From: Malacoraja senta
Lineage: Eukaryota
Reading direction: 5' to 3'
DNA length: 64,000 nt
Assembly (NCBI GenBank): GCA_038087875.1
Contig: CM075994.1
Span: forward strand, 10,232,001 to 10,296,000
The notes beneath the pieces are model-generated. The model was not told the DNA's origin, searched no databases, and saw only the letters and a list, made by a program, of their open reading frames with translations. Of the stretch, positions 50,065 to 61,424 are shown one piece after another. The stretch's first letter is position 1, and every line of letters starts with the position of its first letter. The translations under genes and the position numbers were made by a program.

Positions 50065-50851
50065 ACATCATGTCTGTATCGCTCCTGGTTCCTGCTCTCG
50101 TTCACCGCTTTAAAGCTTCATCTCCCTCACTGCCAGTTTCCAACCAGCTCCCACTTTCCTCTGCTCGAGCCCCGAATCTTCCCTTCGTTTCTCGCCGTCT
50201 CCGTTTCAGGGAAAACGTGAGTGACCAAAGTCCATTCCAAGCCCGCGGACGTCATCGGCTACTGCGTCTTCCCACGACCCCTGTTTGCGCATCGAAATCG
50301 AATATTCCCTCCAAGATCGAGTGCGTACAGCAACATCCCGCTTATATTTACACAATGTCCTCGCATCTCTTTTAGGAGACCACAAAGTGCTTTATTGGTG
50401 GAATTCTCTTTGAAGTGCAGCCAGGAATGGCCACTGAAATGCAGGAGTCAATTCGCAGACAGGAACATTCACAGACAGAGTTTAAAAGCAAGCTATACTG
50501 TCCAAAGCGATTTGGGTTTATTTCAATCGGAGTATTAGAAGCACCAAGCACATAATTCAAATAAACACAATCTTTCTATTCGGTTCTTATGAATGTTACT
50601 AGTCGTGCGAATCATCCAACTTCAGCAACGGTGTATTAAATGTATCTGTTGTATTAATCTACAAACCTACAATATTGTAAGTGGGTTTGATTTCAATGAA
50701 CCACCCCCTTTACATTTTTTTCCTCTCTGATTATCTGCCTCTGTTTCTTCCCTTCTTTAACCCAATCCATCAGGTGAAACTTTAATCACCGACCTCAGCC
50801 CAAGAGAGAGAAATAGTCATGAGTTGTTCAATGTAATATGTACGGAGGCGG

Positions 50852-51051
50852 NNNNNNNNNNNNNNNNNNNNNNNNNNNNNNNNNNNNNNNNNNNNNNNNN
50901 NNNNNNNNNNNNNNNNNNNNNNNNNNNNNNNNNNNNNNNNNNNNNNNNNNNNNNNNNNNNNNNNNNNNNNNNNNNNNNNNNNNNNNNNNNNNNNNNNNNN
51001 NNNNNNNNNNNNNNNNNNNNNNNNNNNNNNNNNNNNNNNNNNNNNNNNNNN
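50852..51051. other. Assembly gap (200 N)
   Basis: Run of N. Confidence 1.
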
Positions 51052-51452
51052 TCTGGAGGGCTATCAGACTCCATGACCTCCCACATCTGACATCCAGAAC
51101 AGTAAACTGCCCTGGGCTTCATACTCCCCTTTGCCCAGGATACAATACAAAGTGCTGGAAGAAATCAGCAGGGATCTGACTCCCAATCAGCTGCTTCCTC
51201 TGGTCCGCTTCCGCCAATCAGCGGCTTCCTCAAGCCCACTTGTTTTGAACTGTGAACTTCGAATGGAACGTTATAGATTTCGGTTCCTCCCACTGCAACC
51301 GCTCCTGGGCCTCTGTGAATCAAAGCCCCTCGATCGGGTTTTGTACTCACCGCCCGGACGTTACTCCTCCCACTGCAACCGCACCTGGGCCTCTGTGAAT
51401 CGAAGCCCCGCGATCAGGTTTTGTACTCACCGCCCGGACGTTACTCCTCCCA
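51052..51452 (-). mobile_element. Probable CR1 5' end (5' UTR with ~79-bp tandem duplication; ORF1 start runs into the gap)
   Basis: MKPRAVYCSGCQMWEV resembles the CR1 ORF1 N-terminal CxxC; duplicated unit at 51287-51453. Confidence 0.55.
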
Positions 51453-52249
51453 CTCATGGACATTCACTGCTGTCAGATTTCCTGCTCCGCACATGCCTCT
51501 CACCACCTACTCACAACATCCACCAGCAGTGCCCACAATTGCCACATCTCTCGTGGTTATCCACCTTTATCCACCTCCCCATGAAATTATCACTCCTGTG
51601 GTAGAGGGTTCTATATTATCTTGACTGAATCTCTTTTGGAACTTTTGAAAGGGCACCAGATATTTCATCTTCAATTCACTTTCTTATCATGATCTGATAT
51701 TTCAATGTTTAATCTTGCACTAAATGTTGTACCCTTTATCCTTTATCTCTACAGTGTGGACGGCTTGTTTTTATTCATGTACTGTCTTTTTGACAGGATA
51801 GCGTGCAAACAAAGGCTTTTCACCGTACCTCAGTACATGTGACAATAATAAGTTCATACGTTCAGAAGTGATAGGAACAGAATTAGCCCATCACGTCTAC
51901 TCCGCCATTCAATCGTGGCTGATCTACCTGTCCTAATCACATTCTCATGCCTTCTACCCATAGTCCTGACACCCGTACTAATGAAGATAATATTAAATTC
52001 CGTTAATTTTCCTTTAATTAGCCAAAGAAACATGATGTGTGCAATCCTTCTGGTAAGTTTGATCCTCAGATTAATGGCAGATGTTTCACTAACACTCCTT
52101 ACACATTCTCCCTGGATTCTTTGTTCATTCGTGTAATACCCTCAATCCGTGTCAGCAGGGGTCAAAGTTGGGAAATGGGAATTTTCAGCAGCTCCTAAAG
52201 TTCTATGTGATGAGAAACATCAGTCCCAATAAATTCAGAAAAAAAATCA

Positions 52250-52865
52250 AGTGCTTGAGCAACTCAGCGGGTTAGGCAACATCTGTGGGGGATTTGGATG
52301 GGTGACGTTTCGGGTCGGGTCCCTTCTTCAGATTGTTGTTGTGAGGGGTGGGGAGCTGGAAAAGCGATGCAGTTCGACAAAGCCTGATGACAGGCAAAGG
52401 ATACAGGTGAGGGAGGTTTGCCTGGCAGTTGGATGGACATAGGCTAGAGATGAAAAGTGTAGAAAAGGGGCCAGGTAAGAAAAGAGGAGAGATATGTTAA
52501 GCCAGATGGAGGATTAGAGGAGAAAACGAACTGAGGGGATGTGAAAAATAGCGGGATGGTGCGAAAAGTGGATGCTCATTAGGCTGGGCACATGGAAGAA
52601 ATGGGGTAAAGGCGAGAGAGATGGTGTTACCTAAAATTGGAGATTTCAATGTTCATTCTGCTGTGTTGTAAACTACCAGAGCGGAATATGAGGTGCCGAT
52701 CCTCCATTTTGCGTGTGACCTCACTCTGTCAATGGAGGAGGCCCAGGACAGGAAGAACAATATGGAAACGAGAAGTGGAGTTGGAATGTTGTGCAACCGG
52801 GATGTTCCACAGATCTGGGTCGCTTAGTCTGCGCTTGGTCTCGACGAAGTACAGGAGGGGGCCGA
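52250..52865 (-). mobile_element. Penelope-like fragment
   Basis: LLYFVETKRRLSD...VLGLLH; terminal repeat with a hammerhead-like core at 52300-52333. Confidence 0.6.
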
Positions 52866-53002
52866 ACCGAAGCGTCACCAATCCACAACATCGTGAAATG
52901 CTGCCTGCTACGCCGTGTTCTAGCACTTTGTGTTTTATATAAGATGGCATTTTGCATTTCTTGTAACTCAATGAATTGAGCTTTGTGTTTTATTTATTTC
53001 AG

Positions 53003-53254
53003 GATGAAGCTGGTCGGGAGAGCAGGTAGGACATGCTCTTGACTGAAACTCTGTGTGGATGTGTAATATAACAACAATTACATGCTCAATGTATCACCAT
53101 GTGTTTACTGTTTGCAGTGCGAGTGTTGATACTGAATCGTTGTCAGTGACAGATGCTGCCCCGGCCTTTGAATCGTTCAATCACCCCTTTGTGTTTAGCA
53201 CAATGATAAGAGAAATAGCTGATGCCATTAAGAAGAGTAGCTTACAACATGACG
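53003..53254 (+). pseudogene. TRIM copy 3 fragment: exons 4 (53003-53025) and 5 (53118-53254), no downstream B30.2 exon
   Basis: Close match to copy 2 exons 4/5, with intron homology from about 51455 to 53700. Homology then jumps to copy 2's 3' flank (55405 vs 49120), skipping exon 6. Confidence 0.75.
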
Positions 53255-53639
53255 GTATGAATGTAGAATACTCTAAATTTTGTCAACAAACGTAATCTTC
53301 CCAACCCCCCCCCCCCCCCCGCCCTCACACACACAAACACCTTCTCTTCCCCCCCCCCCACCCCCACACACACACCTTCTACCCCCCATACGCCCACCCG
53401 CCCACATACACACACACACATTCTCCCTCCTTCCCCCACCACCCACCATCTTTTCCTTGTACCTACCCTGGACTCCCCTCCAGCACAACCTCTACAGATA
53501 TCTTTTCCTTTGACTTCACGAATCTCACCCCTTCTATCCTTATCTCGCACCTTTTCTCATTTCATCTCTGGCATTAATCCAACAATTGGCCTATCAAAAC
53601 AATCCCCTCGCTGGTGTCCGCCTCTCACTGGCGTTGGGT

Positions 53640-54590
53640 GGAGATGGAATCCCACCACTAGCCACAACTTCCCATCTCCACCCCTTTCCGCAGACCGTTC
53701 CCTCTGAAACTCCGTGGTTAACTCATCCCCACTCTAACCACACACCCCCCCTCCAGGTACTTTTCCCTGCAACCGCAGGAGATGCAATGCCTGTCCCTAT
53801 ACCTCCTTCCTCCGACTCCGTCCAAAGACCCCGACAGTCTTTTCAGGTGAGGCAGAGGTTCATTTGCACCTCCTCCAACCTCATCTACTGTATCCACAGA
53901 ATCAGGTGTGGACTCCTGTATATTGTGGGGTACTGATTGTGGATGAACAGCCATTATTAGTTTGAATGGCGGTGCTGGCTCGAAGGGCCAAATGGCCTAC
54001 TCCTGCACCTATTGTCTATTGTCTATATGGCGAGACCAAGCGCAGGTTCGGCGATCGATTCGCAGAAATACCTCCGCTCAGTCCGCCTAAATACATCTGA
54101 TCTCCCGGTTTCTAAACACTTTAACTCTCCCTCCTATTCTCACACTGACATTTCTGTCCTGGGCCTTCTCCATTGTCAGTGTGAGGCCAAGTGCAAATTG
54201 GAGGAACAGCAGCTCATATTTCATTTGGGCAGCTTACACCTCAGCGGTATGAATATTGACTGCTATAACTTTAAGTAACCCTTCTTTTCACTCTCTCCAC
54301 ATCCCTCCCCTTCACAGTTCTCCAACCAGTTTGACTGTCTACGATTACATTTGATCTCTGTTTGCTGCATTGTTACCTTCTCCAAGCTAACAATGATCTA
54401 TGCTACATTTTACTTGATCTCCATCCCTTTGTCTCCTTTTCACACCGAACACTTCCTAATATCGGTATCTCCCTCTCCCCTAACGTCGGTCTGAAGAAGG
54501 GTCTCGACGCGAAACGTCAGCCATTCCTTCTCTCCAGAGATGCTGCCTGTCCCGCTGAGTTACTCAAGCATTTTGTATCTACCTTTGAAA
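53640..54590 (+). mobile_element. Penelope-like element 3' part: GIY-YIG endonuclease region plus terminal repeat with a hammerhead-like motif
   Basis: CTSSNLIYCIH..CGLLYI|GETKRRFGDRFAE...KHFNSPSYSH...KLEEQQLIFHLG; split by a ~100-bp CR1 tail at 53926-54027; CTGAAGA..GAAACGTC at 54491-54518. Confidence 0.8.
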
Positions 54591-54727
54591 TGAAACGTAT
54601 CCATGTTCTGCAAAGATGCCTACCCAGCCTCCGTTAATTACGTCACCACATTCTGTCTCTTTAATAAACGAGCATCTGCAATTCATTCTGTTAAATAAAA
54701 CGGACAGAGATTTATTTCTCCTCATTT

Positions 54728-55292
54728 AGAAACATAGAAACATAGAAAATAGGTGCAAGAGTAGGCCTTTCGGCCCTTCGAGCCTGCACCGCCATTCAAT
54801 ATGATCATGGCTGATCATCCAACTCAGTATCCTGTACCTGCTTCCTCTCCATACCCCCTGATCCCTTTAGCCACAAGGGCCCCATCTAACTCCCTCTTAA
54901 ATATAGCCAATGAACTGGCCTCAACTACATTCTGTGGCAGAGAATTCCAGAGATTCATCACTCTCTGTGTAAAAAATGTTTTTCTCATCTCAGTCCTAAA
55001 AGATTTCCCCTTTATCCTTAAACTGTGACCCATTGTTCTGGACTTCCCCAACATCTGGAACAATCTTCCTGCATCTAGCCTGTCCAAGCCCTTAAAATTT
55101 TTGTATGTTTCTATAAGTACCCCCTTAATCTTCTAAATTCTAGCGAGTACAAGCCGAGTCTATCCAGTCTTTCTTCATATGAAAGTCCTGACATCCCAGG
55201 AATCAGTCTGGTGAACCTTCTCTGTACTCCCTCAATGGCAAGAATTTCTTTCCTCAGATTAGGTGACCAAAACTGTACACAATACTCCAGGT
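54728..55292 (-). mobile_element. CR1 LINE 3' fragment
   Basis: (ATAGAAAC)n tail; [13 protein letters not shown]. Confidence 0.88.
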
Positions 55293-56048
55293 GTTGCCTA
55301 TCTCCTTCGCTCCATAGATGCTGCTGCACCCGCTGAGTTTCTCCATCATTTTTGTGTACCTTCGATTTTCCAGCAACCGCAGTTCCTTCTTTCGCACTCC
55401 TGAATTAAGAGAGTGTGTTTTCTTCGGAACGGATCGTTTGAAGAATGGGTTCAAACAGCATTCCCGGTTCCAGGTGGGAGCCCGTTGTGTTCAGGCTCTG
55501 CCTGTCTCTCTGTAGGATACGTAGAACATTCCTTGTTTTAGTCGCGCCAGATCCCTCCCTCACTTCTCTCTCAGGTACATCATGTCTGTATCGGTGCTGC
55601 TTCCAGCTCTCATTCGCCTCTATAACGCTTCATCTCCCTCACTGTCAGTCTCCAACCTGCTCCCACATTCCTCTGCTCGAGACCCGACTCTTCCCTTCAC
55701 TTTCTCGCCGTCTCTGTCACCGATTCTTGCAAACCCGAGTGACCAAATTCCTTTCCAAGCCCGCGGACGCCTTCGGCTACTTTGTCCATCCACTACCACT
55801 GTGTAAATTCTGTAAAGGCGTGTTCTTTTTTACGCACGATTTAAAATACAAGAAGCCAATCGTCCATCAAGCCTGAGGATCACCAGTCGAACCGTGAAAC
55901 ATCCATGTCCCCCCACAGATGCTGCCTTACCCGTGGAATCATCCGGCAATTAGTATTTTTGTTGTATTCCACTCAGCCCCACTGTCTACACTTAATAGAC
56001 AATCGGTGCAGGAGTAGGCCATTCGGTCCTTCGAGCCAACACCGCCAT

Positions 56049-56280
56049 TCTCACAGCTTCATACCGATAGAAGAAGCTGTTGAAATCTACAAGGTAAGAG
56101 CAAACCGATATTGATCACATCATTGTGTCATGTTTTGTTTATTTTCTAACATTTATCTTTTCTGATCTGAAACCCAACTCCAGGATCAGGTGGAATCTTC
56201 TTTCGACTCTCTCACAAAAAAAGAAATCAGAGATCGAGAAAATAGAGCAGCAACAGAAAGAGGGCATTTCAGGAGTTCAG
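56049..56280 (+). pseudogene. TRIM copy 4 fragment: last ~15 codons of exon 1 (to 56093) and frameshifted exon 2 (56184-56280)
   Basis: [20 protein letters not shown] is fused 5' to a CR1 tail. Exon 2 is 97 nt (A7 run vs A6 in copy 2). Confidence 0.8.
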
Positions 56281-56737
56281 GTGAGGCTTTGTACTATTGC
56301 TTTGATGGTTTTGTGTAGATTTGATGCCTGCGATGGCTGTAATAAGTGGGCACCTCTATAGAGCTCAGTAGTCGGGGACCGGAGATCTTGGGAGCGATTG
56401 AGCAGCCAAGGACTTTACTCACTGGAGCGCGGGAGTCTGAAGAATGTTCTGTTGCAGGTGTATAATATCACGAAACGAAATGTTAGGGTGAATACTCAGT
56501 CTTTTACCCTGAGAAAGGCGTCGAGCATGCGAGGGCATAGGTTTAAGGTGAGAGGGTACAGATTTAATGCGAACATTAAGGGCAACTTTGGTATATGAAA
56601 TGAGCTGCCAGGGGAGGTAGTTGATTCAGGAACCATAACAATATCTAAAAGATATTTGAACAAATTCGTGGAGAGAAAATTTTAGAACCATGTGGGCCAA
56701 ATGCGGACGGGTGGAAATAGCGCAGATGGGGCAATGG

Positions 56738-57075
56738 ACAATAGACAATAGGTGCAGGATAGGCCATTTGGCCATTCGAGCCAGCACCGCTATCCAATGC
56801 GATCATGGCTGATCTTCCCCAATCAGTACCCCGTCCTGCCTTCTCCCCATATCCCCTGACTCCGCTATCTTTAAGAGCTCTTGAAAGCGTCCAGAGAACC
56901 TGCCTCCACCGACCTCTGTGGCAGAGAATTCCACAGACTCACAAATTTCTGTGAGAAACAAAGTGTTTCCTCGTCTCCGTTCTAAATGGCTTACCCTTAT
57001 TCTTAAACTGTGACCCCTGGTCTGGACTCCCCCAACATCGGGAACATGTTTCCTGCCTCTAGCGTGTCCAGAAAC
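56738..57075 (-). mobile_element. CR1 3' fragment at the same intron-2 site as 41890
   Basis: GATGGGGCAATGGACAATAG junction shared with copy 2. Confidence 0.8.
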
Positions 57076-57129
57076 TTAGATAGGCACAACATATTGGAGA
57101 CCGTCTCGTCTCGAAATGTCACGCATTCC

Positions 57130-58757
57130 TTCTCTCCGCTGCCTGTCCCGCTGAGATACTCCAGCATTTTGTGACTGTCTTCGATTTAAACCAGCATCAT
57201 CTGTTCCTTCCTACATCATCAGTACTTTATGTTGAACCGGTATAAAACACAGGTTTGGACCCACAATGGTGCATCAAGCCTATTTCTGGTCACCAAACTT
57301 AATGAATGAAACGATGATCATCGGGAGAGCGCAGGAGATATTCACTGGAATGGTTTCAAGGATGAGCAGATTCGGGTCGATGGTGAGGCCGGAGAAGCAG
57401 GTGCAGGTTCTCTGTGGAGAAGGGTATTTGAAAGCTTTCACAGAGGGTTCAAGCTCGGGTCCGGTGTGGAGAGGGGGAATGGTGGGGGGGGGGGGATCTT
57501 TCCCATCTGTGCGAGGTTCAAATGGGCACAGATTGAGAGAGGAGAGAAGCAACAAGTGGGATACCACCAGGAGCCCTGCCGGCAGTCTGTTCGTTTTTCA
57601 TTCCTTTTGTTATTTTTTAGTGTATTAAAGTGTTTTTAATGTTCTTCTGTTTGTTGTATGTGGGGGACGGGGGAGGGGATCGGGGAATTTTTTTGTTCAA
57701 GTTCTTACCTTGCCGGAGATGTGATTAATTTCGGATCACATTCTCCGGGCTCTGCGGCCTTCCATCGATGGAGCTGGAAGCCTCCTCGGACTGCCGTGAG
57801 CCCCACCGCGGGTCGCGGACTTAACATCGGAGCTGATCCCTTGCCTGGGATTTACCATCAAGCTCGCAGTCTCGGGAGAGGCTAGTCGGAAGCTCCAACG
57901 CCGCGGAAGGTTCGACCAGCCCCGACGCGAGGTCAGATCGCCCGGTGCGGGGAAGCTGACATCCCCCCGATGCGGGACCTGATCGCCTCGACGCAAAAGG
58001 CCCAAACGCCGCCGGCTACGGGAGTCAAGGTCGTCCCGTCAACGGAGGGCTCGAGGCCCCCGACCGAGGAAGAACAAAGGGAAGGACTTGAACTTTATTT
58101 CGCCTTCCATCACAGTGAGGAATGTGGAGGAGTCACTGTGGTGGATGTTCATGTTAAAATGTGTTTTGGGATGATCTGTTGCTTTTTATTTGTATGACTG
58201 ATTTGGCCAATGAAATTCCTCGTATGTTGCAAAACATACTTGGCGAATAAAGTGTGATTGTGATTCTGATTCTGATTTTGATGGCTCGGAGTGTAGGAAG
58301 GAATTGCAGATGCTGGTTTAAATCGAAGATAGACACAAAATGCTGGAGTAACTCAACGGGACAGGCAACATCTCTGCAGAGAAGGAATGGGTGACGTTTC
58401 GGGTAGAGACGGTCTCCAGCATTTTGTGCCTATCTCAGGGCAATAAGGCTTTTCAGCTTAGTTTATTGTCACGTGTTTCGAGGTACATTGAAATACTTTT
58501 GTTGCGCGCTATCCAGTCGGAAGAAAGACAATACATGATTACAATCGAGCCACGTACAGTGGACAGATACTCGATGATGGAATAACGTTTAGTGCAAGGT
58601 TAAACCAGCAAAGTCTGATCATAGTTAAAGTGAGAAATGTTGAGGTGGGAGTAGAGATTTAAGAGTGTGGGGCGATTGTAATATGTGAATGTAGATCTGC
58701 ATCGCACGCAAATAGACGCCTTGGTTGGGCGCCATCTCGGAAGCATTAGCGGCAAGA
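57130..58757 (+). repeat. Segmental-duplication upstream block, copy C (with an insertion at 57563-58278)
   Basis: Colinear with about 25035-25965 and with 450-870/4850-5330. Confidence 0.85.
57563..58278 (+). mobile_element. Unclassified GC-rich retroposon-like insertion with (GATTCT)n tail
   Basis: Absent from block B at about 25488; AATAAAGTGTGATTGTGATTCTGATTCTGATT tail. Confidence 0.6.
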
Positions 58758-60405
58758 ATAGATACATAGAAAATAGGAGCAGGAGTAGGCCATTCGGCCC
58801 TACGAGCAAGCTACGCCATTCAATGTGATCATGGCTGATCATCCACAATCAGTACCTTGTTCCTGCCTTCTCCCCATGTCCCGTGATTCCGCTAGCCCTA
58901 AGAGCTCTATCTAACTCTCTTTTGAATGCATCCAGAGCCTTCTGAGGCAGAGAATTCCACAAATTCACAACTCTCTGGGTGAAAACGTTTTTCCTCATCT
59001 CTGTTCTAAATGGCCTACCCCTTATTCTTAAACTGTAGCCCCTGGTTCTAGAATTCCCCAACATCGGGAACATTTTTCCTACATCTAATGTGTCCAATCC
59101 CTTAATAATTTTATATATTTTTATAAGATACCCTCTCATCCTTCTAAATTTCAGTGTGTACAAGCCCAGTCGCTCCATTCTTTCAACATGACAGTCCCGC
59201 CATCCCTGGAATTAACCTCGTGAACCAATGCTGCACTCCCTCAATAGCAAGAATATCCTTCCTCAAATTAGGAGACCAAAACTGCACACAATACTCCAGT
59301 TGTGGTCTCACCAGGGCCCTGTACAACTGCAAAAGGATCTCTTAGCTCTTATGCGCAACTCCTCTCATTATGAAGGCCAACATGCCATTAGCTTTCTTCA
59401 CTGCCTGCTGTACCTGCATTTTTACTTTCAGTGACTGATGAACAAGGACACCCAAGTCTCGTTGCACTTCATTGCATTCATTTCACTGCACTTTATTGTG
59501 TATGTGATGAATAAATCTGATTGATTGATTGACTTCCCCTTTTCCTAATCTGACACCATTCAGATAATAATCTGCCTTCTTGTTCTTGCCACCAAAGTGG
59601 ATAACCTCACATTTATCCACATTGTACTGCATCTGCCATTTATCTGCCCACTCACCCAACCTATCCAAGTCACCCTGCATCCTCATAGCATCCTCTTCAC
59701 AGTTCACACTGCCACCCAGCTTTGTGTCATCCGCAAATTGCTAATGTTACTCTTAATTCCTTCATCTAAATCATTAATTTCTATTGTGAATAGCTGGTGT
59801 CCCAGCACCGTGCTTTGCGGTACCCCACAAGTCACTACCTGCCATTCTGAAAGGGAACCGTTAATTCCTACTCTTTGTTTCCTGTCTGCCAACCAATTTT
59901 CTATCCATGTCAATATCCTATCCCCATGTGCTCTAATTTTGCCCACTAATCTCCTGTGGGACCTTATCAAAGGCTTTCTGAAAGTCCAGATACACTACAT
60001 CCACTGGCTCTCCCTTATCAATAGACAATAGGTGCAGGACTAGGCCATTTGGCCCTTCGAGCCAGCACCGCCATTCAATGTTATCATGGCTGATCATTCC
60101 CAATCAGTACCCTGTTCCTGCCTTCTCCCCATATCCCCTGACTCTGCTATCTTTAAGAGCCCTAGCTAGCTCTCTCGTGAAAGTACCCAGAGAACCGGAC
60201 ATTTTACTTGTTACATCCTCGAAAAAATTCCAGAAGATTAGTCAATCAAGATTTCCCCTTCGTAAATCCATGTTGACTTGGACCAATCCTCTGTTTCCTA
60301 TCCAAATGCACTGCTATTACATCTTTAATAATTTAATAATTGACTTTAGCATCTTCCCCACCACCGATGTCAGGCTAACTGGTTTATAATTCCCTGCTTT
60401 CTCTC
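58758..60405 (-). mobile_element. CR1 LINE fragment with small nested insertions
   Basis: RT C-terminal half; nested CR1 tail at about 60020-60197. Confidence 0.88.
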
Positions 60406-60407
60406 TG

Positions 60408-61290
60408 GGGGAGGAGGGGTGTGTGGGGGAGGAGGGGGTGTGGGGAGGAGGGGGTTGTGGGGGAGGAGGGGAGTGTGGAGGAGGGGGTGTGGTGTATGGG
60501 GTGTGTGTCTGTGGGAGGGGAGGTGTGTGGGGGAGGGTGTATGTGTGAGGGAGCGGGGGTGTGGGGGAGGGGGTGCTGTGTGTGGGGGAGAGTGTGTGTG
60601 TGGTGGAGGGGGTGGGGCAGAGGGTGGTGTGGGGGTTTGGGGGTGTGTGAGGATGCGTTGATGGTTGGAGGGGGTGGTGTGGGGGAATGGGATGGTGTGA
60701 GGGGAGGAATGGGGAGGGGTAAAGGGGGGCTGTGGGTGTGTTGGGGAGGGGGGATGTGTGGGGAGGAGGGGGGGGAGGGGGAGGGGGAGAGGGTGGAAGG
60801 GGGGAGAGGGGATGGGGTTGTGTGGCAGGGAATGCGGGTGTGTGGAGGGGGGAGGGACTCCACTCAGCGGCCACCAGCTGAGGCACCACACAGCACCTCC
60901 CGGCTCCACTCAGCGGTTTCCCCGACTCCACTCTTGCGGACTCAGTCAGCACGGCTTGTGGACTCAATCAGCGCGACTCATAGACTCAGCCCCGCCTCCG
61001 GGATTTTATTCTCCTCGCCTCGGTGATTGACAGCAGGTGCCGGAAGGAGCATTACCTTCATGGTGACTGACAGGTGAGAAGACCAATCAGCTGATCTCAC
61101 GATTTTATAAAGCTTCATAACTTTTGTAATATTCCACCGATCAGAACAAAACCTGGTGTGCTTCCAGCAGAGGAGAACGGTGAGTAAGGTGACGAAAAAA
61201 TCCTAGCGATATAGGGTACCGTCTCTGCACAAATATAAAAACAACACAAACTGGAAGAGGACAAGATGAGAGTTTTAGTAATAGTATAGA
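60408..61290 (-). mobile_element. Probable Helitron 5' fragment with G-rich cargo
   Basis: Minus strand A|TCTATACTATTACTAAAACTCTC resembles the Helitron 5' end at 22287 and sits next to (TAGA)n; no 3' CTAG or hairpin seen. Confidence 0.5.
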
Positions 61291-61424
61291 TAGATATAGA
61301 GATAGATGGATGGATGGATGGAGAAGATAGATTATTTTTCAAGTTTTATGTTTGCTGGCAATGACAACAGATGCTGGTGCTTCTAAAGTGTGATGAGATG
61401 CAAGAACTATACAATCTGTATGTA

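Noticed and set aside
50817..51179. ORFs spanning the N run
   Set aside because: Assembly-gap artefacts.
60317..61026. Pro/His/Thr-rich and Gly/Val/Cys-rich ORFs
   Set aside because: Low-complexity G/T-rich DNA.
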